A stretch of 64,000 nt of DNA from OCS116 cluster bacterium AG-430-B22 (GTDB lineage Bacteria; Pseudomonadota; Alphaproteobacteria; MED-G09): NCBI GenBank assembly GCA_003209955.1, contig QCOD01000007.1, forward strand, positions 2,208 through 66,207, read 5' to 3'. The position numbers were made by a program, and so were the translations under genes. This document shows positions 36,596 to 47,187 of this stretch, in pieces. Under the pieces are notes generated by a model. The model had not been told where the DNA came from, searched no databases, and saw only the letters and a program-made list of their open reading frames with translations. Position 1 is the first letter of the stretch. Each line of letters opens with the position of its first letter.

Positions 36596-37584
36596 GACAC
36601 TATTAACTTCCTAATTAAATCTATTTCTGTTTCTGAAGACCTTCTTCCTATAGATGCTCTATCAATAGATTTGTCATATCCAGATCTATAGATTTCAATC
36701 ATATTTAAACACATAATTCCCCATTTAAGCGTTCCAAGTACTTCCCAAAATTTTAATCTTTCTTTATCAAGTTTTTTACCTAAAACTTTTTCGTAAGATA
36801 AATACATATCTTCTCTCTTTCCAAAACCTCCAACAGGAAGTTCTATCTTATTAAATCTCCAACTATTAACACAAATCCAGGATAAATCTTCATAAGGATC
36901 ACCAAGATGAAATAATTCCCAATCCAAAACTCCAGGAATTAAATTATCATTAGATATTATTAAATTTCCATTTCTGAAGTCTCCATGTATTAATTTTTTA
37001 GTAATTTTTTTTGGAATATTGTCCTTAAGCCAACTAATTGTATATTCAAATACAGGTATATCTTGATTATGGGTTCTATAAACTTCTTCATATTTTAATA
37101 ATTCATCTTCTGCTTCTGATGTTTTAATATTATCAAATTTTGATATTGGAATTTTATGGATATTTGCAATTATTTCACCACACTTTTTTGCAAGTCTTGG
37201 TCTAATTATTTTAAATTTATCACTATTAACTATTCTATTACCTAATGTTTCTCCCTCAATGAAATCCATAAAGAAACCTTTTCCAATATTGTTATTATTA
37301 ATAACTTTGATAATTTTAGGAACAGGAACATTATAATCATTAGCAATATTCATTACTTTTGCTTCATCTGCTATATCTACAAAATTATTACTTTCTTCAT
37401 CTTTAAGATTTCCTCCAGGCGTTCTTCTAAAAACTATTTTCTTTTTATTTTCTTTTGTATTTAGAGTTATCTTCCAAGACTCATTGCTAGAACCTCCTGA
37501 AAGTCTTGAGATATTTGCAATAGATATAAAATCAGGAATAAAATCAGTTATAATTTCACTTAATATTTTTTGTAAGTTTTCCAT
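36592..37584 (-). CDS. Phosphotransferase (APH/choline-kinase-like) family protein
   Basis: HGDFRNGNLII catalytic loop and DWE motif, 330 aa. Confidence 0.82.
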   Translation of the reverse strand: MENLQKILSEIITDFIPDFISIANISRLSGGSSNESWKITLNTKENKKKIVFRRTPGGNLKDEESNNFVDIADEAKVMNIANDYNVPVPKIIKVINNNNIGKGFFMDFIEGETLGNRIVNSDKFKIIRPRLAKKCGEIIANIHKIPISKFDNIKTSEAEDELLKYEEVYRTHNQDIPVFEYTISWLKDNIPKKITKKLIHGDFRNGNLIISNDNLIPGVLDWELFHLGDPYEDLSWICVNSWRFNKIELPVGGFGKREDMYLSYEKVLGKKLDKERLKFWEVLGTLKWGIMCLNMIEIYRSGYDKSIDRASIGRRSSETEIDLIRKLIVS

Positions 37585-37641
37585 TATGAAAAAATTTTAA
37601 ATTACTATTATCAATAATTATTTTTATGCTACAAGGTAAAT

Positions 37642-38271
37642 ATGTCTAATGATACACAACAAAAAATACCTTTAATCAGGAGATTGCGAACTTATTTCTT
37701 AACTGGTCTGGTTGTCGCTGCCCCAATTGCTATAACTATATGGGTAGCTATCTGGTTTATTGAAAGTGTTGATTCCTGGTTTTCACCATTTATACCAAAC
37801 GCATTACAAGACTCTCCTTATAGTTTACCGGGACTTGGAGTTATTGCTTCATTAATTATTTTAACCGGTCTTGGTGCTTTAACAGCTAACATTTTTGGAA
37901 AAACAATTCTTCAATTTGGAGAAAGTCTTCTAGACAGAGTTCCAGTTATAAGAAATATATATGGAGCTCTTAAACAAATATTTGAAACTGTTGCCACACA
38001 ATCGAATAAGAATTTTAAGGGTGTGGTCTTATTTGAGTATCCTAGAAAAGATATATGGGCGCTTGGTTTTGTTACTACTGACGCTAAAGGTGAAATAGCA
38101 GATAAAAAAGGTGACGATCTCCTGTGTATTTTTGCTCCAACTACACCTAATCCAACATCTGGTTATTTACTATTTGTGCCACGTGAAGATACTATTCAAA
38201 TGGATATGACCGTTGAGGAGGCTGCCAAATTGATTATATCTGCTGGAATTGTTGTGCCAGATCAGGATTAA
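37642..38271 (+). CDS. DUF502 domain membrane protein
   Basis: LRTYFLTGLVVAAPIAITIWV, PGLGVI..L and PTTPNPTSGYLLFVP motifs typical of DUF502. Confidence 0.8.
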   Translation: MSNDTQQKIPLIRRLRTYFLTGLVVAAPIAITIWVAIWFIESVDSWFSPFIPNALQDSPYSLPGLGVIASLIILTGLGALTANIFGKTILQFGESLLDRVPVIRNIYGALKQIFETVATQSNKNFKGVVLFEYPRKDIWALGFVTTDAKGEIADKKGDDLLCIFAPTTPNPTSGYLLFVPREDTIQMDMTVEEAAKLIISAGIVVPDQD

Positions 38272-40337
38272 CCTGCATCAAGATATTTTAAAGCCTCATC
38301 TTTACTAAATAATTGAAGCAATAATCTTATGTTCTCGTTTAATCCATTATTTTCTACAATTTCTTTAGCATTTTTATTTGCTATATCAAGTAAATCAGTA
38401 TCTTCATTTAGATTAGCCATTTTAAAAATATGAAAACCTGATTGCCTAGTACCTAATATTTCTCCAGACCCTCTGAGTAATAAATCTTGTTCCGCTATAA
38501 TAAATCCGTCATTTGTTTTACGTAATGTCTCAATTCTTTTTTTTGCATTATCCCCCAAAGGGGTTTGGTATAATAATAAACAACTAGATTGATCTGATCC
38601 ACGACCAACTCTTCCTCTTAATTGATGAAGCTGTGATAAGCCAAATCTTTCGGCATGTTCAATTATCATTACTGTTGCTTCAGGTATATCAATTCCAACT
38701 TCAATAACTGTTGTAGAAACAAGAATTTTTGTATCTCCATACTTAAATTCATCCATTATTTGTTCCCTTTCATCAGCTTTCATTTTTCCATGTATAAGAA
38801 GTACATTATCTGAATAATGTTTTTTTAAAGATTTATACCTATCTTGTGCAGCAGCCAAATCTATTTTTTCGGATTCTTCTATAAGAGGGCACACCCAATA
38901 TATCTTTTTATTTTCATTAATTGTTTTTTCTAGAGATATAATTGTTTCATTTAATTTGATTAATGGTTTAGCTGCAGTTTTAATATTTTGTCTTCCAATA
39001 GGTTTTTCTGTAATTTTTGAAACTGACATTGATCCATATGTTGTTAACTCAAGAGTTCTTGGAATTGGAGTTGCAGTCATTAACAATACATGGGGAGGTA
39101 ATTTATTATTTTTTGAGGTTAATAAAAGTCTTTGATGAACTCCAAATTTATGTTGCTCATCAATTGCAACAAATCCAAGATCAAGAAATTTTACCTTTTC
39201 TTGAAACAAAGAATGAGTTCCAATTATGATATCGATATTACCAGTTTCTATATCTCTATATATTTTTTCTTTTTCTTTTTGTGATGTTTTACCTGTTAAG
39301 ACATCAATTTTATAATTTTCTGATAATAATTTTTTAAAGGACTCATAATGCTGATTTGCTAATATCTCTGTTGGCACCATTAATGCTGCTTGCTTCTTAT
39401 CGTTTACAGCTATCAAAATACTTACAAGTGCAACTAATGTTTTTCCAGAACCTACATCACCTTGAAGAAGTCTTAACATTCTGTAGGGTTTTTCCATATC
39501 CATAGCAATTTCTTCAATACATTCTTTTTGTGAATTTGTAAGATTATATGGCAATGATTCAATAAAGCTTTTAATTTGTGCTTCATTTCTTTTTATTGGT
39601 GCTCCTTTTTGATAATTTAATTCTTTAGAGATTAGTTGCATTGAAATTTGATGCGCTAAAAGCTCATCATAAATTATTCTTTGTTTTGATAAGTTTTGCG
39701 ATGTAAGATCTTTTTCATTATTTGGATTATGAGCATCAAAAATTGCCTGATTAAAGGATGGCCAATTCATATCTTCAAGAAATGTACTATTATGCCATTC
39801 ATTGATATTAGGCATATTTTTTAAAATTCTTTCTATATTTCCTCTAACAACTTTATTAGTTAATCCTTGTGTAAGAGAATATGTAGCCTCAATATTTGGT
39901 ATTGTATCCGTTGCTTCTGCGCTAACTATATACTCAGGGTGTGTAATTTGCTTAGTATCTTTATAAAAATCAATTTTTCCACTAATTATAATTTCTTTGT
40001 TTAAGGGAAGTAGTTTTTCTAAATAATCCTTTCGAGAATTAAACCAAACCAAATTTATTTTACCAGTATTATCTTCGCACATTACTCTATATGGAATATT
40101 TCTTCTGAATGATGGAGTGTGTTTTATTACTTTGCATTGAATTGAAGCTACTCTACCAACTTCAGCGTCATTTATATTTGGTCTATAGGATCTATCTATA
40201 AATCCATTTGGAAGATGCCAAATTAGATCAATAACATAATTTCCAACCAAATATTTTAAACGTGATTTAAGTTTTGGTCCTATTCCTTTAAGGGTATCTA
40301 ATGGGCGAAATAACTGATATAGAGACTCTGAATTCAT
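38268..40337 (-). CDS. recG: ATP-dependent DNA helicase RecG
   Basis: 689 aa. Wedge domain followed by helicase motifs (GDVGSGKT, DEQHKFG, TATPIPRT, QLRGRVGRG). Confidence 0.96.
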   Translation of the reverse strand: MNSESLYQLFRPLDTLKGIGPKLKSRLKYLVGNYVIDLIWHLPNGFIDRSYRPNINDAEVGRVASIQCKVIKHTPSFRRNIPYRVMCEDNTGKINLVWFNSRKDYLEKLLPLNKEIIISGKIDFYKDTKQITHPEYIVSAEATDTIPNIEATYSLTQGLTNKVVRGNIERILKNMPNINEWHNSTFLEDMNWPSFNQAIFDAHNPNNEKDLTSQNLSKQRIIYDELLAHQISMQLISKELNYQKGAPIKRNEAQIKSFIESLPYNLTNSQKECIEEIAMDMEKPYRMLRLLQGDVGSGKTLVALVSILIAVNDKKQAALMVPTEILANQHYESFKKLLSENYKIDVLTGKTSQKEKEKIYRDIETGNIDIIIGTHSLFQEKVKFLDLGFVAIDEQHKFGVHQRLLLTSKNNKLPPHVLLMTATPIPRTLELTTYGSMSVSKITEKPIGRQNIKTAAKPLIKLNETIISLEKTINENKKIYWVCPLIEESEKIDLAAAQDRYKSLKKHYSDNVLLIHGKMKADEREQIMDEFKYGDTKILVSTTVIEVGIDIPEATVMIIEHAERFGLSQLHQLRGRVGRGSDQSSCLLLYQTPLGDNAKKRIETLRKTNDGFIIAEQDLLLRGSGEILGTRQSGFHIFKMANLNEDTDLLDIANKNAKEIVENNGLNENIRLLLQLFSKDEALKYLDAG

Positions 40338-40364
40338 AATTTAAATTACTAGTATAAATGAAAA

Positions 40365-40601
40365 ATGGAAATTTATTTGAAAAAATTATTATTTAAAGCA
40401 TCTCATAGAGGCACAAAAGAGATGGATATAATTCTTGGTAATTTTGCTAAGAAACATTTAGATTCTATGAATAGTGATAATTTAAAGTTATTTGAAGAGC
40501 TTCTTGAGGTTCCAGATCCCGATCTTTACAAATGGTTTACTTCTGATGATATCAGTATTCCTGAAAAATTTCTTAATCTCGTAAAAGAGATATCTAAATA
40601 A
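40365..40601 (+). CDS. sdhE: Succinate dehydrogenase flavinylation factor SdhE (SDHAF2/DUF339)
   Basis: 78 aa. RGTKEMDIILGNF ... DPDLYKW pattern. Lies between recG and mfd. Confidence 0.8.
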   Translation: MEIYLKKLLFKASHRGTKEMDIILGNFAKKHLDSMNSDNLKLFEELLEVPDPDLYKWFTSDDISIPEKFLNLVKEISK

Positions 40602-40608
40602 AACATTT

Positions 40609-43600
40609 ATGATGTTAGATGATTTCATAAAAGAATTTTCTAAAGATAAAGAAAAAAAGAAAAAAGTTAGTGACTTAGGAAATATTCCCCATGGCTCTGA
40701 AGCATTAATTATTTCAAAAATTTCTGAATATATTAAAAAAGATATTTTATTCATTTGTGAGAATAAAAAAAAATATAATCAAATTAAGGATGTGTTAAAT
40801 TTTCTTGAAATTAAAAACGTATATTTTTTTCCTGAATATGACACTAATACTTACGATAGAATATCTCCAAATAAGAACATTACATCAGAAAGAGTAAAAA
40901 CCTTAATTGAATTAAAGTTTTCTCAAGGAAATAAAATTATATTAACAACAGCAAAAGCATCATCACAATTTATTGCAGAAAAACAATCGAGTTATTACAA
41001 AAATCTTAACTTAGAAACAGGAAATGAATACGATTTAGTTGAAATTAAATCTTTTCTTGTTGAACATGGTTACACTAATACATCTTATGTTCGCGAAGTA
41101 GGGGAGTTTGCCATAAGAGGAGGTATTGTTGATTTTTATCCTTTTAATTATTCATCTCCAGTAAGATTAGATTTTTTTGGTAATAAATTAGATTTTATAA
41201 AAACCTTTGATGCCAATACACAGCTTTCTCACGATCAAAATTTAGATGATATTAATATTTATCCTTGCGATGAAATTATTTTAAATAATGAATTAGTTAA
41301 TAATTTTAGGAGTAATTTCAATCTAGAATTTGGCTCTGAAAGTAAAAACTCTAAACTATACGAAAGTGTATCAAGTAAAATAACTTATCCTGGGATAGAG
41401 AGTTGGTTACCATTTTTTTATAATAGCAAATCTACTATTATTGATTACTGCAATGATCCAGTAATTATTTTAGATAATAGTATATTTGAAATCATAAATG
41501 ATTTTGAAGAAACCTTAATTGCACAATATAAAACAAGAATAGAATTTGACTCTGAGAAAGAAAATACAGAAAAATATTATTCACTAAGTCCAGATCAATT
41601 ATTTTTAGGTAAAGAAGAGTATATAAATATTGTAAATAATCACAAAAAATTACAATTTTCTTCATTAAAAAACCCTAAAGGAGTTAACTTAAATGCAAAT
41701 AATATTCAGGGATTTTACTCATCAGATAAACTAAATAAAATTGATTATCAAAGCCTAAAAAATACTATCAATAAAAATATTAATGATAACAATAGTGTAT
41801 TTCTTGCTTGTTCAAGCGAGGGATCAAGATTAAGACTTTCTAAAATTTTCAAAAATCAAAATATAGATTCATATCTTTTTGATAAATTTTCAGATTTACA
41901 AAATATAAATAAAAAGGGAATAGGGATTTGCGTTCTTAATCTTTCCAATGGCTTTTTTCTTGAAAAATCAATGTTCATTTCAGAACAGGATATTTTTGGT
42001 GAGAAATTTTATAGATCTAGAAAAGTTGAAAATAAGAATTTTCTTAAGGATCTATCATCAATTAATCCAGGTGACTTTATTATTCATGTTGATCATGGAT
42101 TAGGTAAATTTATAAATTTAACAAACCTTAAAATTGAAAATTCTTATCATGAATGTTTAATGCTCGAATATAGAAATAATGATCGTTTATATTTACCTGT
42201 TGAAAATCTTGAAATGCTCTCAAAATATAATTCTGATAATGAAAACATAATTTTAGATAAACTTGGAAGCAATGTTTGGAAAATTAAAACCGAGAAAATA
42301 AAAAAAGATATTATGCATTTAGCAAAAGATTTAATCGATGTTGCAGCTAAAAGAAAATTAGCAAACGCAAGTAAATATGATATCAAAAACGAGTTTTATG
42401 ATGATTTTTGCTCACGATTTTCTTACGAAGAAACAGATGATCAATTAACCTCAATTGATAATGTTCTTGAGGATTTATCTAAAGGCACCCCTATGGATAG
42501 GCTAGTTTGTGGGGATGTTGGGTTTGGTAAGACAGAAGTTGCTATTAGAGCATCATTTGTTGTAGCGTTAGAGGGTAAACAAGTTGGAATTCTATCTCCA
42601 ACAACATTATTAGCTAGACAACATTTTGAAACATTTAAAAAAAGATTTTCTGGTTTGCCAATTAATATTGTTGAATTATCAAGATTAACAAAGAATAAGA
42701 AGGAAGTTATTGAAAAAATAAATGATGGTTTTGCTGATATTGTTATAGGTACACATGCTTTATTATCTGACAAAATAGAGTTTAAAAACTTGGGATTATT
42801 AATAGTCGATGAAGAACAGCACTTTGGAGTTAAGCATAAGGAGAAGTTAAAAAAACTAAAATCAGATATTCATGTTCTTACTTTAACTGCAACACCAATC
42901 CCAAGAACAATGCAATTAGCAATGACTGGTGTAAAAGATCTATCAATAATAGCATCCCCTCCAATAGATAGAAGATCGATAGAAACATTTATTTTTAAAA
43001 GAGACTCAATCGTTATTAAAGAAGCTCTATTAAATGAAAAGAAAAGAGGAGGGCAAAGTTTTTATATTGTTCCAAGGATCAAAGATATTTCAACAATAGA
43101 AGAATTTATAAAAGAAAAAATTCCTGAAATTAATTATGTTGTTGCTCACGGACAAATGTCATCAACAAATTTAGAAAATAGAATGCATGATTTTTATGAA
43201 GGAAATTATGATGTTTTAATTTCCACAAGCATTATTGAATCTGGATTAGACCTACCGAACGCAAATACAATAATTATTCATAAGGCTAATTTATTCGGTC
43301 TATCACAATTATATCAAATAAGAGGAAGAGTTGGACGATCAAATATTAGAGCTTATGCATATATTACATATGAAAATGATTTTCAACTTGGAAGCAATGC
43401 TCTTAAAAGATTAGAAGCAATTCAATCACTGAATTCTCTTGGAGCAGGCTTTAATTTAGCTAGTTACGATCTTGATATAAGGGGCTCAGGGAATATTCTT
43501 GGAGAACAACAATCAGGACACATAAAGGAAGTCGGTGTTGAGCTATATCAAGATATGCTTGAAGAGACGATATCCTTACTTAAAAATGATAATACTAAAT

Positions 43601-44058
43601 TTATAAATGAAAAATGGTCTCCAAAAATTACCTTGGATTTACCTGTGTTAATTCCTTCAGAATACTTGGAAGATGTAAACATTAGAATGGAAATATATAG
43701 AAAATTATCAAATTTAAATAATATTTCTGATTTAGAATTATTTGAAGTTGAACTTGTCGATAGATTTGGAGCTTATCCTAGTGAAGTTAGTATTCTGCTA
43801 AGAGTTATTTCTATAAAAATAAGATGTAAGCTTCTTAATATTGAATCAATTAAGAAAACTAAAAATGGTTTTGTAATCCAATTTAAAAATAATATATTTA
43901 ATAACCCTGAAGCTTTACTTAATTATATTTCTCAATCTCATGAAATTAAGCTTAAACCAGATGAAAAGCTATCTTACGAAGGTTTAGATAATAATGAAAT
44001 TTTAAATTATATCGATAAAAAATTAGATGATCTTGAATTACTACATAAATTAAATTAG
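40609..44058 (+). CDS. mfd: Transcription-repair coupling factor
   Basis: 1149 aa. UvrB-homology N-terminus, CarD/RID region (GDFIIHVDHGLGKF), helicase motifs (GDVGFGKTE, DEEQHFG, TATPIPRT, QIRGRVGRS), TRG/D7. Confidence 0.96.
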   Translation: MMLDDFIKEFSKDKEKKKKVSDLGNIPHGSEALIISKISEYIKKDILFICENKKKYNQIKDVLNFLEIKNVYFFPEYDTNTYDRISPNKNITSERVKTLIELKFSQGNKIILTTAKASSQFIAEKQSSYYKNLNLETGNEYDLVEIKSFLVEHGYTNTSYVREVGEFAIRGGIVDFYPFNYSSPVRLDFFGNKLDFIKTFDANTQLSHDQNLDDINIYPCDEIILNNELVNNFRSNFNLEFGSESKNSKLYESVSSKITYPGIESWLPFFYNSKSTIIDYCNDPVIILDNSIFEIINDFEETLIAQYKTRIEFDSEKENTEKYYSLSPDQLFLGKEEYINIVNNHKKLQFSSLKNPKGVNLNANNIQGFYSSDKLNKIDYQSLKNTINKNINDNNSVFLACSSEGSRLRLSKIFKNQNIDSYLFDKFSDLQNINKKGIGICVLNLSNGFFLEKSMFISEQDIFGEKFYRSRKVENKNFLKDLSSINPGDFIIHVDHGLGKFINLTNLKIENSYHECLMLEYRNNDRLYLPVENLEMLSKYNSDNENIILDKLGSNVWKIKTEKIKKDIMHLAKDLIDVAAKRKLANASKYDIKNEFYDDFCSRFSYEETDDQLTSIDNVLEDLSKGTPMDRLVCGDVGFGKTEVAIRASFVVALEGKQVGILSPTTLLARQHFETFKKRFSGLPINIVELSRLTKNKKEVIEKINDGFADIVIGTHALLSDKIEFKNLGLLIVDEEQHFGVKHKEKLKKLKSDIHVLTLTATPIPRTMQLAMTGVKDLSIIASPPIDRRSIETFIFKRDSIVIKEALLNEKKRGGQSFYIVPRIKDISTIEEFIKEKIPEINYVVAHGQMSSTNLENRMHDFYEGNYDVLISTSIIESGLDLPNANTIIIHKANLFGLSQLYQIRGRVGRSNIRAYAYITYENDFQLGSNALKRLEAIQSLNSLGAGFNLASYDLDIRGSGNILGEQQSGHIKEVGVELYQDMLEETISLLKNDNTKFINEKWSPKITLDLPVLIPSEYLEDVNIRMEIYRKLSNLNNISDLELFEVELVDRFGAYPSEVSILLRVISIKIRCKLLNIESIKKTKNGFVIQFKNNIFNNPEALLNYISQSHEIKLKPDEKLSYEGLDNNEILNYIDKKLDDLELLHKLN

Positions 44059-44864
44059 TTTTTTATATCTTTAAAATTAGGTTTTCTTTTTTCAAGAAAT
44101 GCTCTCACACCTTCCTTAAACTCTTCTTTATTACAAAAAATTTCTTGTGTATCTCTTTCATAATTTAATTGTTCATCTAAAGTAGATACTAGAGCTTTAT
44201 CATGAGCTTTAACTACAGCTTTAAGACCTGTTATTGCGCTATCAGCAATACGTTTCGCTATTTTAGTGGCTTCAGATAATAAATCTTCATTTTTTACAAC
44301 TTGCCAAATTAAACCCCAGTCATATGCTTGTTTTGCACCTAAATCATCTCCAAGCAAAGCTAAACCATTTGCTTTTGCTCTTCCAATTAAATTAGGAACT
44401 AACCAAGATGCACCAACATCAGGAATGATACCTAGTTGAGGTCCAAAAACTAATTTAAATTTAGCTTTTTCAGAGGCAATTACTATGTCCCCACATAGAG
44501 CAAGTCCAACGCCACCACCAGCAGCTATGCCATTTATAGCGTTTATTATAGGTTTTTTTGAATTAACAATTTTTCTTACGAGGGGATTAAAACCAATCTC
44601 CATAGCATTTGCTGTTGCTTTACCAGCTGACCAACCATCTTCCGCTGGCCAACCTCCATTAGCAAGATCAGCTCCGGCACAGAAACCTCTACCATTTCCT
44701 GTTATAATAATAGATCTTATAGAATCATTTTTTTCGCATTCATCTATAGAGTTATAAAGGCCATCAACTAATGTCTTATTAAGGCTATTTAATGTGTCTG
44801 GCCTATTTAATTTAATTAAACATATTTCTTGATCAATTATTTCGCTTGTAATTACCTCAGTCAT
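44055..44864 (-). CDS. Enoyl-CoA hydratase/isomerase (crotonase) family protein
   Basis: FCAGADL oxyanion motif and INGIAAGGG, 269 aa. Confidence 0.88.
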   Translation of the reverse strand: MTEVITSEIIDQEICLIKLNRPDTLNSLNKTLVDGLYNSIDECEKNDSIRSIIITGNGRGFCAGADLANGGWPAEDGWSAGKATANAMEIGFNPLVRKIVNSKKPIINAINGIAAGGGVGLALCGDIVIASEKAKFKLVFGPQLGIIPDVGASWLVPNLIGRAKANGLALLGDDLGAKQAYDWGLIWQVVKNEDLLSEATKIAKRIADSAITGLKAVVKAHDKALVSTLDEQLNYERDTQEIFCNKEEFKEGVRAFLEKRKPNFKDIKN

Positions 44865-45496
44865 TTTGTTTTCCTCGAGTTAATTTTATTAAATACATTT
44901 ACAAATGTGTCAGATGATTGTGATCCAGTTATAATCATATTATCTTCTAATATATATGTTGGAACACCTGCAATACCAAGATCTCTATAAGACCATTCTT
45001 CCAACTCAATTTTCTTAACATCAATATCAGTTTCTAAATCTTTTTTAATTTTTTCTGAATTTAGGTTAAGTTTTTTAGAAATTTTTATTAATTCTTCATT
45101 ATCTCCAATATCTTTACCTTCAGTAAAGTATGAATAAAACAATAATTCCAGAGTTTCATTTTGTTTATTGTCTTTTTCTGCCCATTTTAAAATTCTATGA
45201 CTATTTAAAGTATTTGGAGTTCTGGCTATTTTTTCATAATTAAAGTCTATACCAACTAGCTTTCCTGCCTCTTTAATTTTATTTCCAACATCTTTAGCGG
45301 TATCTTCTCCAAATTTTCTATTAATATATCTTTTTCTATCAACACCATTTACAGGCATTGTAGGGTCAAGTTGAAAAGGTTTATATGAAATACTAAATTC
45401 AATATTATTTAATTTTTTAATAGCTTTTTCTAATTCTTTTTTACCTATGTAACACCATGGGCATATTGTATCTGAAATAACTTTTATATTTATCAT
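44861..45496 (-). CDS. DsbA-family oxidoreductase (FrnE/2-hydroxychromene-2-carboxylate isomerase-like)
   Basis: N-terminal DTICPWCYIGK and C-terminal GVPTYIL, 211 aa. ATGA overlap with the hydratase gene. Confidence 0.85.
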   Translation of the reverse strand: MINIKVISDTICPWCYIGKKELEKAIKKLNNIEFSISYKPFQLDPTMPVNGVDRKRYINRKFGEDTAKDVGNKIKEAGKLVGIDFNYEKIARTPNTLNSHRILKWAEKDNKQNETLELLFYSYFTEGKDIGDNEELIKISKKLNLNSEKIKKDLETDIDVKKIELEEWSYRDLGIAGVPTYILEDNMIITGSQSSDTFVNVFNKINSRKTK

Positions 45497-45564
45497 AATA
45501 TCTTAATTTATATAATAGCTTGTAAATTTTAGAATCGAAAGGCATAACTGTCTAGGATAGAAAA

Positions 45565-46356
45565 ATGTCATATTTAGTAGATACACATTGTCATTTAATA
45601 TTTAAGGATTTTAGAGAAGATCTAGATTCTGTAATAAACAACGCTTTTAATTCTGGCGTAAAAGGAATGTTAGTTATTTCTACACAGGAAGAAGAGTTTA
45701 ATCCTTTACTTACCCTAACTCAAAAATATAGTAATATTTTTTGCTCTATTGGTATTCACCCGCATTCTGCGCATTTACATGGCAATATAAGTGAAAAAAC
45801 AATCATTAAATATGCCGATAACGACAGAGTTATAGGAATAGGGGAGACTGGTCTCGATTTCTACTACGAGAATTCTGAAAAAGATATTCAAATTCAATTG
45901 TTTAAAAGACATATTAATGCCTCAAGAGAAACACAGCTTCCGATTATTATTCATACAAGAGATGCAGATGATGCAACAATTGATATACTTAAGAAAGAAA
46001 GTAAAAAAGGGCACTTTCCTGGAGTTATTCATTGCTTTACTGCAGGTCCAGAATTAGCAAAAGCAGCTCTAGAATTAGGTTTTTATATTTCTTTATCTGG
46101 AATAGTTACTTTTAAGAATGCTGGAGAATTAAGAGAAACTATAAAAAATATTCCTTTAGAAAGAATATTAGTTGAGACTGACTCACCATACTTATCGCCA
46201 GAACCAGTTAGAGGAGGCAGAAATGAACCCGCCAATGTTGTTCATACTGCAAATTATTTAGCTAAATTTTATGATATTGATCAACATTCTTTTTATAAAA
46301 AAACTACAGATAATTTTCTTAAATTATTTAATAAAGCTAAAATTATCAATGAATAG
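45565..46356 (+). CDS. tatD: TatD family metal-dependent hydrolase
   Basis: DTHCHL, GETGLDFYY, HTRDA and ETDSPYL motifs. Confidence 0.93.
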   Translation: MSYLVDTHCHLIFKDFREDLDSVINNAFNSGVKGMLVISTQEEEFNPLLTLTQKYSNIFCSIGIHPHSAHLHGNISEKTIIKYADNDRVIGIGETGLDFYYENSEKDIQIQLFKRHINASRETQLPIIIHTRDADDATIDILKKESKKGHFPGVIHCFTAGPELAKAALELGFYISLSGIVTFKNAGELRETIKNIPLERILVETDSPYLSPEPVRGGRNEPANVVHTANYLAKFYDIDQHSFYKKTTDNFLKLFNKAKIINE

Positions 46357-47155
46357 TGTTATAAAAACAACAATTCTTGGTTGTGGATCATCAGGTGGAG
46401 TTCCCAGAATTGATGGTGATTGGGGTGTTTGTGACCCAAATAATGTTAAAAATATTAGATCTAGGTGTTCAATACTTGTAGAAAAAATTACAAATGATAA
46501 GAAAACCGTTGTTTTAATAGATACATCACCAGATATGAGACAGCAATTATTAAAAGCTGGTGTTACAAATATAGACGCAGTTTTGTATACACATGATCAT
46601 GCTGATCAATCTGGTGGAATAGATGATTTACGAGTATTTGCTCTAAGAAAAAGAGAAAGAGTAAATGTTTATTTAGACAAAGACACAGCATCAAGATTAA
46701 TACCAAGATTTAATTATTGCTTTAAAAGTGGAGAAGAAAGCGGATATCCATCAATATTGTCTGAAAATATAATTGATCCATATAAAGAATTAATAATTAG
46801 TGGTCCTGGTGGAGAAGTATCATTTATACCTTTTTTACAACACCATGGATCTATTTTTTCATTAGGATTCAAATATAATAACATAGCATATTCAAGTGAT
46901 GTTGTAGATTTTCCCAGTAAATCATTAAATTACTTATCAAATTTAGATTATTGGATTGTCGATGCTCTTAGAGTTACTCCGCATCCAACACATGCTCACT
47001 TAGATAAAACTTTGCAATGGATCAAAGATTTTAATTGTAAAAATGCATTATTAACAAATATGCATATTGATTTAGATTATGAACAACTATGTAATGAATT
47101 ACCAAATAATATAAAACCTTCCTATGATGGATATAGCTTTAGTATTGATGTTTAA
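46349..47155 (+). CDS. MBL-fold metallo-hydrolase (PhnP-like)
   Basis: ILGCGSSGGVPR and HDHADQSGG motifs. The ATG at 46349 overlaps the tatD stop by 8 nt; the track start at 46271 lies inside tatD. Confidence 0.85.
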   Translation: MNSVIKTTILGCGSSGGVPRIDGDWGVCDPNNVKNIRSRCSILVEKITNDKKTVVLIDTSPDMRQQLLKAGVTNIDAVLYTHDHADQSGGIDDLRVFALRKRERVNVYLDKDTASRLIPRFNYCFKSGEESGYPSILSENIIDPYKELIISGPGGEVSFIPFLQHHGSIFSLGFKYNNIAYSSDVVDFPSKSLNYLSNLDYWIVDALRVTPHPTHAHLDKTLQWIKDFNCKNALLTNMHIDLDYEQLCNELPNNIKPSYDGYSFSIDV

Positions 47156-47187
47156 AAAAGATTATACATAATATATATTATGCGCAA

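Noticed and set aside
24-46348. Long N-terminal extensions in the track ORFs starting at 24, 7335, 12426, 14044, 15060, 16247, 20368, 25564, 29780, 31663 and 46271. The same applies to the N-terminal extension of the minus-strand track ORF 60691..63087.
   Set aside because: The extensions overlap the preceding gene or lack an RBS. In each case an internal ATG is preceded by a GGAG-type RBS and/or yields a proper signal peptide, so the shorter starts were used.
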